DNA of 63,187 nt, the filler included, from Nitrospinae bacterium RIFCSPLOWO2_12_FULL_45_22 (GTDB lineage: Bacteria; 2-12-FULL-45-22): the NCBI GenBank assembly GCA_001803565.1. It is 9 parts of 9 records of this genome, joined end to end, with 100 filler letters (N's around TTAATTAATTAA, not from the genome) between each part and the next. Parts side by side here need not be neighbours in the genome. Positions count along the whole stretch, not along the records: positions 15,244 to 22,281 come from MHDQ01000234.1; positions 22,382 to 29,390 come from MHDQ01000235.1; 7 more parts are not named here. The stretch is one strand, 5' to 3'. Positions 20,276-29,490 of the stretch are shown here, in pieces. The position numbers and the translations under genes are program-made. Below the pieces are notes generated by a model. It was given only the letters and a program-made list of their open reading frames with translations, had not been told where the DNA came from and did not search any database. Every line of letters starts with the position of its first letter. Position 1 is the stretch's first letter.

Positions 20276-20746
20276 CTAATACCAGTACATATTCCTTACC
20301 CCTTTTTCGATCGACTCCAGACTGACCAGTCCGGTGACGGCTGCAAAGGCCCCGAGCATTACGGTATTAGTTATTGGTGTACCCAACTTTTCTAGGGCGA
20401 TGGTCGTCGCATCTACATAACTGGCCTGGTGCTCGAAATTCAGAGATTTATCAGAATTGGCGATAATTACCCCGTGCTTCCCTAATCCAGCCTCCAGATC
20501 CACGCCCCCAACCAGGGTTGGATCTAACAGGACCACATAATCAGGGTCCATAATAAATCCCCGCTCTCTTATAGGCTTATCACCTATCCGGGCATATCCT
20601 TCAATGGGTGTCCCGCGCCGGTCCCAGGTTTGCGCTTGAGAGGACTGGCCATACTTTTTATCGTATGTGGCAGCCATGGCAATCATATGGGCAAAAGTGA
20701 CCGCTCCCTGCCCACCCCGGCCATGAATCCTTATCTTGGTTATCAT
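20276..20746 (-). CDS. porC: 2-oxoacid:ferredoxin oxidoreductase gamma subunit, C-terminally truncated
   Basis: IRIHGRGGQGAVT, RRGTPI, PDYVVLLDP, VDATTIA, NTVMLGA. Confidence 0.8.
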   Translation of the reverse strand: MITKIRIHGRGGQGAVTFAHMIAMAATYDKKYGQSSQAQTWDRRGTPIEGYARIGDKPIRERGFIMDPDYVVLLDPTLVGGVDLEAGLGKHGVIIANSDKSLNFEHQASYVDATTIALEKLGTPITNTVMLGAFAAVTGLVSLESIEKGVRNMYWY

Positions 20747-20981
20747 CCCTTTTCTCCTTGAAATAAGTAATGACTTTTTAGTTGCAGTGATAAAAAATTA
20801 CCTATCTAAACGGATTAATATTCTACCTTCCGTTAGACATTTTTACAATGAGGTATTTTGCGGCAACCGCCCCTTGATTTTGAATCTTCCAATAGGTAGA
20901 ATAGAAAAGGTATCTGGGTCAAAAACTCTCACATTCTGAAATAGGCCCCCGTATATCGTAATTTTTAGCGAGGAGGTTTTT

Positions 20982-22064
20982 ATGGCGGAAATGAAGACTT
21001 TTTCTCAGGATCTAAGGACACCGAAAGAAGCCGATGACCTATTCTTTACCTATTGTTCTGCCACCAGGCGGAAGGCAGCCGAGGAGTGTGTCCCTTATCA
21101 TATGGATATCGAGATTAATAACCGTTGCACGGGTGGATGCCGCTTTTGTTTTAACAGCTCCAATCCCCAAGGTGATATGTATATCCCCAAGGAAAAGATC
21201 TTCCAGTTGATAGATGAGGGGTATCAGTTGGGGGCCAGGCAGATCCTCTGGAACGGCGGAGAACCTCTGTTCCATCCCGATTTTTTCGAGATTACCGAAT
21301 ATGCTGGTGAGAAGGGGATGAAGTGTGCCTTCTTTACCAGTGGTATCCCGGTGACTAAGAAGATCGCCCGGAGGTTAGTGGGTACCCCTAATCTCCAGGC
21401 CATGGCTATAAATATTGATGCCTTTGACCAGGCTATCTTCAACCAGCTCCATACTAAACCCGGTGCCTTGAAGCGGAAAATAGAGGCTATCCATAACATG
21501 CTGGATGCGGGCATGCCCCCCAGCCGCCTCCTCCCCTCCATCTGCCTCACCAAGCCCTCTTGTGAGACCATTGAGGAGACTGTGGACCGTTATGTAGATG
21601 AATTTGGGGCCAGGATGGTCTATTATTTTACCTTTATTCCATCCGGTTACGGGATGGACAATAAGCCATGGGAACCATCCCTATCCCAGATAAAGAAGGC
21701 TTGCGAGTACCGGGCGCAGCGTACCAGTCCCCACTGGCTACGGATCGGTCCCCTGGATTGCAATGTGACCCATTGCCGGATAAAGATATATATTACCTAT
21801 TGGGGAGATGTGTTGCCTTGCAATTTCCTGACCCATCTCTCAGCCGGTAGTATCTACGAAAAGAGCCTGATAGATATCCACGAGTCTAACCGTGAATGGC
21901 TCCATTTCAAGAATTTTGAGATCAAGGGTAAGTGTGGGCAGTGTGAGAATAATGATGTCTGCTTCGGCTGCCGGGGAAAGGCCTACTGGTATCTGGGAGA
22001 CGAGCACCTCTCTGACCCGAAGTGCTGGATGAACCCGGAGGCCAAAGAATACTATTGCCAATAA
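20982..22064 (+). CDS. Radical SAM enzyme with SPASM domain
   Basis: CTGGCRFC (CxxxCxxC), GGEPL, GDVLPC, CGQC...CFGCR...DPKC. Confidence 0.92.
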   Translation: MAEMKTFSQDLRTPKEADDLFFTYCSATRRKAAEECVPYHMDIEINNRCTGGCRFCFNSSNPQGDMYIPKEKIFQLIDEGYQLGARQILWNGGEPLFHPDFFEITEYAGEKGMKCAFFTSGIPVTKKIARRLVGTPNLQAMAINIDAFDQAIFNQLHTKPGALKRKIEAIHNMLDAGMPPSRLLPSICLTKPSCETIEETVDRYVDEFGARMVYYFTFIPSGYGMDNKPWEPSLSQIKKACEYRAQRTSPHWLRIGPLDCNVTHCRIKIYITYWGDVLPCNFLTHLSAGSIYEKSLIDIHESNREWLHFKNFEIKGKCGQCENNDVCFGCRGKAYWYLGDEHLSDPKCWMNPEAKEYYCQ

Positions 22065-22212
22065 GTAAGCGTTCAGGTATCAGCAGTCACTTTTCAGTTA
22101 AAACTAGCACTCAGGGATCGAGAAGCAGAATATGGAGATCAACAAGCCGACCCCTATCCCTGATCCCTGAGTGTGACGGCTGAATGCCTGCAATATGTCG
22201 GGAGGGTTAATT

Positions 22213-22281
22213 ATGTCAAAGGAAAGGGAGACAAGGCCGGTTGAGGATATCTTCGATAAATATATTAGCCCGGCGAAGATG
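22213..22281 (+). CDS. N-terminal fragment of an unknown protein, cut by gap
   Basis: RBS GGAGG then ATG; MSKERETRPVEDIFDKYISPAKM runs open into the linker. Confidence 0.45.
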
Positions 22282-22381
22282 NNNNNNNNNNNNNNNNNNN
22301 NNNNNNNNNNNNNNNNNNNNNNNNNTTAATTAATTAANNNNNNNNNNNNNNNNNNNNNNNNNNNNNNNNNNNNNNNNNNNN

Positions 22382-22547
22382 ATAGGTGCAGCTCAGGCCC
22401 ATCGGGTATGAGGCCCAGGAAAGAGCCACCCAGCAATACACCTGCCAATATCTCACCTATTACCGGACTAGCCCGCAACCTCTGGAAGCCCTCTCCAGCA
22501 ATCCGGGCTGCTAGTAATATAATTGCCAGTTGATATATCCAGTGCAT
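22382..22547 (-). CDS. Cation/H+ antiporter (CPA2/Kef-type), N-terminal fragment
   Basis: LAIILLAARIAGE...PVIGEILAGVLLGGSFLG. Confidence 0.75.
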
Positions 22548-22584
22548 ATCTTAATATCTTAATATCTTAATGTAGTGATTTTTG

Positions 22585-24816
22585 CTAATATTCAATACGG
22601 ATTTTGGTGAGTTCTTCAATGAGGTTTGCTGCCCACCGATAGATATTATTACTCCTGAGGCTCTCACGCATCTTCTGCATACGAGCCCTTTGTTCCTCTT
22701 CATCCATTTCTAAGGCGGTGCGAAGGGCATCAGCCATCTGTTCAATATTGTATGGGTTGACGATAAGGGCATCTCTTAATTCTCTAGAAGCCCCGGTAAA
22801 CCGGCTAAGGATAAGGACCCCTTGCTCATCTTCCCGGGCAGCTACATATTCCTTGGCTACCAGATTCATCCCATCATGGAGGGAGGTTACCAGGCAAACA
22901 TCGGCAGATTCATAGAAGGGCTTGATCTCTTTATGGCTGTGGTGTCTCTTTAAAAGAATAATGGGTTTCCAATCCCCGGTTTGAAAACGTGCGTTGATTC
23001 TTTCTACCTCGGCCTCAATCTCTTTAACCAGTTCTTGGTACCGCTTGATAAGGGTTCGACTCGGTGCACCTAATTCAACAAAGGTAAATTTACCTTTGTA
23101 ATCAGGATACTTATCTAGAAAGCGCTCAATGGCCCTGAGCCGCTCTAATATCCCTTTGGTATAATCCAGCCTATCCACGCCAACACCTAACAATCTTGAT
23201 TTAATCCCAAGTTGTTTAAAGATATCGCCCTTCTTTATCCTGGTTAAATTTAAATTATTGGAATCACCCGGATAGGCGATGCTAATAGGAAATGGCTTCA
23301 CGTATGTTGTATGATCCTTTCGTTTGACAGCAAAGTGTTCCCAATCGATACGGGATTCCAATGCTTTGTCAACCGTATCCAGGAAGTTATTGCAGTGGAG
23401 CTGTATATGGAAACCAATGAGGTCTGCCCCCAGCATCCCATCGAGGATTTCTCTCTGCCAGGGGCAGATACCGAATGATTCAGGATTAGGCCATGGGATA
23501 TGCCAGAAGAGGGCGATACGAGCATCCGGGCGCTCTTCTTTTATCAATCGGGGGAGCAGGGCAAAGTGATAGTCCTGAACCAGGACCAATGGTTCATCGG
23601 TGGCATAAATCTCTTCTAAAACAGCCCGGGCAAATTTTTCATTCACTGTTTGGTAATGGTTCCAATCAACCCTTCGAAAGATGGGGCGGGTATGGGCAAT
23701 ATGACACAATGGCCAAAGACCCTCATTGGAAAATCCGAAATAATATCCTTCTTCTTCCTCTGTAGTAAGCCAGACCCTTTTAAGGGTGTAAAGAGGCTCT
23801 TCAGGTGGAACTCTAATCTTGTCTTGTTGATCCACGACTTCTTTGTCTGCCTCTCCACTACCATGAGCAATCCAGAGGCCACCACATGCCTCAAGAACCG
23901 GCTCTACCGCAGTAACTAAACCGCTTGCCGGAATAATGCACTCCATCTGATCTCCACTCCTGACATGCATGTAAGGTTCGCGGTTAGAGACAACGAAAAG
24001 GTTTTTATCCTTAAGTAGAGAACGTATATGTTCCGTAAGCCGCTTTGCGGTCCAGAGCGAATCAGCCGTGTGTCTGAGCCTGGCCTCTTCTTCCGCGGCA
24101 GATCTAGCCACCATTATACTTCTAACCATGTGAGTAATCTCTTTGGTCAATGGTTCAAAGATGTTTCCTTTAGGTAAGTGAAATGGTTCTATTGCCTTGT
24201 CTTCCCGGAATCCTTTCATCCATTCTACTAGTCTGGCGATAGGGCCGGAAATACTCCACCGTATTACCAGCATAGTGATGAGGGATATAAAAAAGGCCTG
24301 AACCAGAAGCCTTACAAAATTATTTTTCCATATTTGAAATAGGCGCTCCTGGATATAGGTAGCATCATTAAAGATCACCAGGGCACCAGCAACGTTACCG
24401 TCACGATTAATGGGGAGTACATAGAGATATCTCCTCTTATCTTTAATGGTTATAAACACCCCTTCAGCTTGATTAGCATTCATAGCATCGGTAACAATTG
24501 TAGGTATGGTTGGGGGCATAGGGGCCAGGTCTGGGGTAGCAGCGATAAGATTATCTTTAGTATCATATATAGCCACTCCTTCAAGCCTTTGCCTATTACT
24601 AAATTTTCCTACGATGCTCTTGAGGCGATCAAGGTTGCCTTGCCCTACCAGAGGGGCAACAGATTCTTCAAGACTTTCTGCTAAAAGAGATACGCGATGC
24701 TCAAGCTCCGCCTTTAACCTGGCCTTTTCCTGTTGCACCTGAAATAGAGTGAAAAGTAAAACGATAAGGCTTATGGCGATAAAAATCGATAGGACAATAC
24801 GCAAAGTGACTTTCAT
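22585..24816 (-). CDS. otsA: Trehalose-6-phosphate synthase (GT20) fused to an N-terminal TM-periplasmic-TM-HAMP-like region
   Basis: VVSNREP, SGLVTA, LWPLCH, VQDYH, FWHIPWP, GVDRLDYTKG, DGMNLVAKEY, ILSRFTGAS; about 270-aa N-terminal sensor-like extension. Confidence 0.85.
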   Translation of the reverse strand: MKVTLRIVLSIFIAISLIVLLFTLFQVQQEKARLKAELEHRVSLLAESLEESVAPLVGQGNLDRLKSIVGKFSNRQRLEGVAIYDTKDNLIAATPDLAPMPPTIPTIVTDAMNANQAEGVFITIKDKRRYLYVLPINRDGNVAGALVIFNDATYIQERLFQIWKNNFVRLLVQAFFISLITMLVIRWSISGPIARLVEWMKGFREDKAIEPFHLPKGNIFEPLTKEITHMVRSIMVARSAAEEEARLRHTADSLWTAKRLTEHIRSLLKDKNLFVVSNREPYMHVRSGDQMECIIPASGLVTAVEPVLEACGGLWIAHGSGEADKEVVDQQDKIRVPPEEPLYTLKRVWLTTEEEEGYYFGFSNEGLWPLCHIAHTRPIFRRVDWNHYQTVNEKFARAVLEEIYATDEPLVLVQDYHFALLPRLIKEERPDARIALFWHIPWPNPESFGICPWQREILDGMLGADLIGFHIQLHCNNFLDTVDKALESRIDWEHFAVKRKDHTTYVKPFPISIAYPGDSNNLNLTRIKKGDIFKQLGIKSRLLGVGVDRLDYTKGILERLRAIERFLDKYPDYKGKFTFVELGAPSRTLIKRYQELVKEIEAEVERINARFQTGDWKPIILLKRHHSHKEIKPFYESADVCLVTSLHDGMNLVAKEYVAAREDEQGVLILSRFTGASRELRDALIVNPYNIEQMADALRTALEMDEEEQRARMQKMRESLRSNNIYRWAANLIEELTKIRIEY

Positions 24817-24877
24817 CTATCCTGATGACCCTCCTTTGCCTTTTAAGGTAATTAAGATATCACTTCCCTACAATAAG

Positions 24878-26104
24878 TTAGAGGTATACTATTCCATCGG
24901 TACCACGGTCAATGGCCAGAAATAATAATAGGTAATCCTTCAGGTGGCGGGTGAGCAAATAATGCTGCCGTACATGTTCCCGGCCATTCTCTCCCAGCTT
25001 TCGGGCATATTCCGGATTAGTAAGGAGATTTTTGATGGCATAGGCCGTACCTTCTATGGAATGGACCAGGATTCCGGTAAGGTTATGTTTTATCTGCAGG
25101 GTTATACCACCTACGGCACTGGCTATTACTGGTTTCCCTTTCCATAAGGCCTCGGTTACTGTAAGGCCGAATCCTTCGCGCAGTGATTTCTGAATAATAA
25201 TGGTAGAGCCCCGCTGCAGGGCATTTATCTCTAAATCGGCCGTGGGCGGTAGCAGGAGGAGATGTATATCCTTATCTTTTCCCGCCTCCGCCTGAACCTC
25301 TTGTAAGACCTGGGCCCCTTCTGGGTCATCGGTAGCTTCGCCCCCGGCCAAAACCAGTTGACAATCAAAATTAGGCCTCACCTGCCTGAATGCCTTTATA
25401 ACGCCTATAGGGTCTTTGAAATGGTCGAAGCGAGAAATCTGGGTAATAATGGGCCGTTTAGGGTCTATCTGATACTTCTCCAGGAAATCTCTGATGAATT
25501 CCTGAGTAAGTTCTTTATTCTTATCGCTTAATGGGTCTATAGAAGGGGCAATAAGGTACTGCTTCACCTTGAGGGGTTGGGCAAAATTGGCCGATGAGAA
25601 TACCGCCGCATCATACTGCTCTACAAAGGGCCTCAAGAAATCCCATACCTGTGCCTGGGGGTTAGAGAGGTCAATATGGCAGCGCCATACCCAATGGGCA
25701 TGCCCCTTGTACCTCTCTTTCACTAAGGCAATGGGCTGCGGGTCATGTACAAAAATAATATCACCATAAAACTCTATCAAGCGGAGGTTCTGCTCGGTAG
25801 TTTCCAGGAAGACTTTGAATATATCCTCGGACAATTGGCCAGCCTCACCCTGGAGGGAATTATGAAAGGACTTAGTAGCCTCAAAAAAGGCTGTACCACC
25901 CCGGATTACATCCCACCTTATCTGAACCCCTAATTCACTTAATAAAGGCACCAGGCGATGAAGGATCTCTGCTACGCCACCTCCTACCGCAGTAGAGTTG
26001 ATGGTCTGTATAGTCTTACCCGCCAGCTTCTCTGCTAAAAGGCGCAATTCTTCTATCACATAGGTACCTACTATTGAGGTATAATCTTCTAATCGGATTG
26101 GCAT
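24878..26104 (-). CDS. treT: Trehalose synthase TreT-like GT4 glycosyltransferase
   Basis: INSTAVGGGVAEIL, TKSFHNSLQG, VHDPQP, WRCHID, SRFDHFKDP, EGFGLTVTEALWKG. Confidence 0.85.
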   Translation of the reverse strand: MPIRLEDYTSIVGTYVIEELRLLAEKLAGKTIQTINSTAVGGGVAEILHRLVPLLSELGVQIRWDVIRGGTAFFEATKSFHNSLQGEAGQLSEDIFKVFLETTEQNLRLIEFYGDIIFVHDPQPIALVKERYKGHAHWVWRCHIDLSNPQAQVWDFLRPFVEQYDAAVFSSANFAQPLKVKQYLIAPSIDPLSDKNKELTQEFIRDFLEKYQIDPKRPIITQISRFDHFKDPIGVIKAFRQVRPNFDCQLVLAGGEATDDPEGAQVLQEVQAEAGKDKDIHLLLLPPTADLEINALQRGSTIIIQKSLREGFGLTVTEALWKGKPVIASAVGGITLQIKHNLTGILVHSIEGTAYAIKNLLTNPEYARKLGENGREHVRQHYLLTRHLKDYLLLFLAIDRGTDGIVYL

Positions 26105-26114
26105 AAGACTGCCC

Positions 26115-26798
26115 TCATCTTTTCCTTCTTAATACCCGATCTATCTCTGCTTCCAGCATAGCGATCAGGACTTCCCTCAATTCTTCTAAGGTATACATAT
26201 AGGGGTCTAGCTGGGCGATTCTATCGGCTAATTCTTTTTCGCCCAAGCTGGTTTCGATCCAATGGCTGAAATCATTTGTCCCCCGGCCGAGCCGGAGCCT
26301 GGCGGTAAAGAAATGAAAATACAAAGAGTTGGGGCTAATTACCCTGAGGGCCTCTACAAATTCATAGATATTAGTAGCCAGATAGGGAGTAGGAAAGACA
26401 AATTCTAGGGAGCGGAGAAAAAAGAATTCCTCACCTTCAGGGGCGATACGATACCTTCTATTTTTTTTAATATAAGATTCTATGGTGCTGAGGGTCTTTT
26501 CTCGCAAGTCTTTTAAACTGGTAAACTCTATGGTATTTATCCCCTCTAACTGTTCCCCTAACCACTCCTCTTTGAGGGACTCTTTTACCCAATGGGTAAA
26601 GGCAGAAGGGGGCTGGGGAGTAAGATAGTGGTGCCGTATCAGGAAGTTATGGGTATGGTTAAAAATAACCGAATCGTCCACCTCACGGAGGTGCTTCACC
26701 AGTTCTTTAAGGTTGCGGGCCTTCCGGCCGGTCAGTTCAAATAGATGCAAACAGGAATAAAACCTGAACCCTTCCTTGGCATGCCATTTAGGCTGCAT
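26115..26798 (-). CDS. DUF5752-like protein (treT-associated)
   Basis: Duplicated module (IFNHTH...FTHWV; LYFHFF...NDFSHWI); typical treT neighbour. Confidence 0.75.
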   Translation of the reverse strand: MQPKWHAKEGFRFYSCLHLFELTGRKARNLKELVKHLREVDDSVIFNHTHNFLIRHHYLTPQPPSAFTHWVKESLKEEWLGEQLEGINTIEFTSLKDLREKTLSTIESYIKKNRRYRIAPEGEEFFFLRSLEFVFPTPYLATNIYEFVEALRVISPNSLYFHFFTARLRLGRGTNDFSHWIETSLGEKELADRIAQLDPYMYTLEELREVLIAMLEAEIDRVLRRKR

Positions 26799-26820
26799 AA
26801 CTCTTTTTTTATATAGTTGG

Positions 26821-26872
26821 CGTAGCTCAGGGCTTTAGCCCTGATTGGTCAACCCTGAAGGGTTGATTTACG
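26821..26872. repeat. REP-like doublet (GTAG-type)
   Basis: GTAGCTCAGGGCTTTAGCCCTGA followed by TCAACCCTGAAGGGTTGATTTAC, two short hairpins. Confidence 0.6.
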
Positions 26873-26903
26873 GGTTACACTGACAGAAAATAGCCACACA
26901 CAA

Positions 26904-27308
26904 TTATAAAGAGATATAGGGGCAGGCAGGGGCAGCTTCTTCACCTTCAGCAGGGGCAGCAGCCTTAGTAAGGGATTGAACGGTAGTACCCTCTACCGTA
27001 GCCTCCACCTCATCACCTTCTGCTACTTCAGCCGCAGCCGCCTCATCACTCAGGTCATACTCGGTCCCGGCAATCGTAATCTTCTTGCCTTCCTTATCCA
27101 GCTTCTCCATAACACCTAAACCATCCTCTCCTGGACCTAGTTTGAGATCCATAATGGCCAGGTCTAAGACCACGTCTCGTGCATGGGCCAAGGCCTCCTC
27201 TCCTGCACTGGCAGGGATTACCTCATATTCCTGGGATTCCAGCCGGATCTTTATCAGATCGAGGACATGAGGCTCATCATCTACAACCAGGATCTTCTCT
27301 TTTGTCAT
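26904..27308 (-). pseudogene. Chimeric ORF: half receiver domain joined to an unrelated acidic OB-fold-like segment
   Basis: ILVVDDE...IMDLKL...DGLGVMEKL then abruptly DKEGKKITIAGTEY...VEATVEG; the second half of the receiver fold is absent. Confidence 0.65.
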
Positions 27309-27366
27309 GCCCTGCGTTTACCTGTTTTCTTAAGTTCTTTTTTCTTTCTGGGACATCCGATAAAAG

Positions 27367-28005
27367 CTAGGAAACTACTCGACGGGAGCGATGAATACCG
27401 TCGGAGCGGCCAGGAGGGAATGGGTGGATCCTAACCTCCCTACCGCTCCCGCTAACGCACGGCACAGTGCCATCAGATAAGCGGGAACCCGCACATACAG
27501 TAACACTTCTAATGTCTAAATGTTTCCTGCTTTCTCTAAAATATCTTAATCCATGTATGAAATACTCTTCTAAAGTCTCAGTGTTTATGTTTTTTGCTTT
27601 TATTTTGTCTGCCGAGAGCTTTTTAAATTCTTCGTCTGCCTCCACGCAGTCACGAACCCAAACAGCATAAGCACTATTTTTGCTGGTTCTCTCTGAATAA
27701 GTGACAACATTGTCGAGGGAATCACCAGTCCATTTCCAGCAAGGAAAGAATTCTCCACATTTATCATAAAGCCGCTGAGGTGTCATTCCTCCGGCCATAA
27801 TGATAAGCCGGTTAAAACCAGACTCTTTTTCCGGAATTTGCAGATTTGAAAAATCTGTTTTAATCCCGAAAGTATCCTGGTAAAAACCTTCCCATTCAGC
27901 AATCAATTCCTCGATGCTTCTTTCCTCTAAAGGGATTCTGGTATCCAAAGAAGCTTTTGCATTCCGACGGAACAAATCTTTAATCTGGTGGAACAAATTA
28001 CTCAT
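27367..28005 (-). CDS. Hypothetical protein resembling CPR-type CLec-fold DGR target proteins
   Basis: RBS GGAGGA; WEGFY...IPE...GFNRLII, YAVWVRD.VEAD, HLD...TVCAGSR.SDG.VP...RSRRVVS; resemblance recalled, not searched. Confidence 0.6.
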   Translation of the reverse strand: MSNLFHQIKDLFRRNAKASLDTRIPLEERSIEELIAEWEGFYQDTFGIKTDFSNLQIPEKESGFNRLIIMAGGMTPQRLYDKCGEFFPCWKWTGDSLDNVVTYSERTSKNSAYAVWVRDCVEADEEFKKLSADKIKAKNINTETLEEYFIHGLRYFRESRKHLDIRSVTVCAGSRLSDGTVPCVSGSGREVRIHPFPPGRSDGIHRSRRVVS

Positions 28006-28111
28006 AGCCAATCCTCCCTACCTGCTAAGGGTTCGGTATCTCCCGCTATCTCTGGCAAAAACCCAAGGATGGTTGATAAATGTAAGGTGCAGCAGTTTAG
28101 TTTTTTACAAG

Positions 28112-28654
28112 TTATAGGCTTACTTTCGGATTTGTCGTCATCCAATTCTTTAATGTATCTGCTGCATTTTGCGCTGTTGTCGCACGATCAAAGCCTGTAG
28201 GTTCAAAAAGAGTATTATGCCGTTCTCCGCTCATGCTACACCAGTCAATGAGAAGACAATAGCTTTCCTTTTTTGGGGATGAGTCAATAGCACGTTTATC
28301 AAACGCTCCTACTGAAGTTAATTTTTGCGTGATTTGTGATTTATGATCAGCCACTACTTGCTTAATTGAATCTCTGGGTATTCGCCCGATCTCCTCTCCC
28401 TGTGTGCCCCGGGTAAAGACAAAGAATTTTTCTGTTACAGCACAGTGCACAAAAGGAAGCGATGATCTGTATCCCGGAAACCCTCCAAGATATCTGCCCA
28501 CGAGAAACCTTTCTGTTAATATTGGTTCTATTGGCTCGCCCTCTTTTTTTACATCGGTGTGTCCTTTTTTACCGAATATAGCTGTGAGCAAAAAGATGAG
28601 CCCACCAACTGCTACAATTATAATGAGAGGTAAAAAGCGTAAATAATCTTCCAT
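28112..28654 (-). CDS. Hypothetical membrane-anchored protein
   Basis: RBS GAGGAGG; N-terminal TM helix; YLGGFP motif. Confidence 0.7.
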   Translation of the reverse strand: MEDYLRFLPLIIIVAVGGLIFLLTAIFGKKGHTDVKKEGEPIEPILTERFLVGRYLGGFPGYRSSLPFVHCAVTEKFFVFTRGTQGEEIGRIPRDSIKQVVADHKSQITQKLTSVGAFDKRAIDSSPKKESYCLLIDWCSMSGERHNTLFEPTGFDRATTAQNAADTLKNWMTTNPKVSL

Positions 28655-28872
28655 TTGTTTTTCCTCCTCGGCTTAAAATGCAATAAATATGATTTAATTA
28701 ACCAGAAAATCTTCAACCTATATTTCCGTTTTAATTCATAATTAATCACCCCCCTTCATACATATTAGAAATTTATGCCAGTTATTGATATACTGAATTG
28801 TCCATAGGGAGATAATTTTCCCTGGAGAGAGCCTGTGCTATCAAATCTTGAGGAAACATTTCTCGCAAACCA

Positions 28873-29166
28873 TAAAAAAAGGCCGCTATCTAAACCTATA
28901 TCGCTTAGATAGCGGCCCGACTACCAGTTATTATTTAACCTCCAGAAATATAAGCTATTTCTGGACCCGGAAAATTCGTAAATAAGATCTTTCAAAATCT
29001 GCTAAAAAATTACTCATAATAATTGACCTCTACATAAGTAATTGACCTCCACACAATTATTTGAAGCAAATAAAAAAGGCCGCTATCTAAACCTATATCG
29101 CTTAGATAGCGGCCCGACTATCAGTTATTATTTAACCTCCAGAAATATAAACCATTTCTGGACCCG
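28873..29166 (-). repeat. Two ~95-bp direct repeats, each a structured RNA-like module ending in an intrinsic terminator
   Basis: 28873-28968 and 29071-29166 are nearly identical; minus strand reads CGGGTC...GATAGTCGGGCCGCTATCTAAGCGATATAGGTTTAGATAGCGGCC-T6/7. Confidence 0.9.
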
Positions 29167-29197
29167 AATACCAATATAACTATTACTTTGTAGTGTG

Positions 29198-29226
29198 ATT
29201 TTATCAACCCTTTTTCTCTATGTCAA
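29198..29226 (-). promoter_or_regulatory. Sigma70 promoter with extended -10 reading into the tandem repeats
   Basis: TTGACA-17 nt-TAAAAT with upstream TG on the minus strand. Confidence 0.7.
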
Positions 29227-29490
29227 GATACCTGAAGTTGTTAGTTTCCTCAAAATTACTAAACTAAGCCTCTCTTATACAAGAGGAACCTTCGTTTCCA
29301 CTTCTTTATTTCTCAAAAACCTCTCTGAACCTACAATTATCTAAAGTAAGGATAAAATTTTGGGGAAACTCCAGTAATATTTGATATTGANNNNNNNNNN
29401 NNNNNNNNNNNNNNNNNNNNNNNNNNNNNNNNNNTTAATTAATTAANNNNNNNNNNNNNNNNNNNNNNNNNNNNNNNNNNNNNNNNNNNN

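Noticed and set aside
28766-28781. Possible sigma54 promoter (TGGCATAAATTTCT, minus strand)
   Set aside because: The -12 GC is absent at the required spacing.
28873-29166. Possible CRISPR array
   Set aside because: Only two ~95-bp units ending in terminators; no repeat-spacer periodicity and no cas genes.
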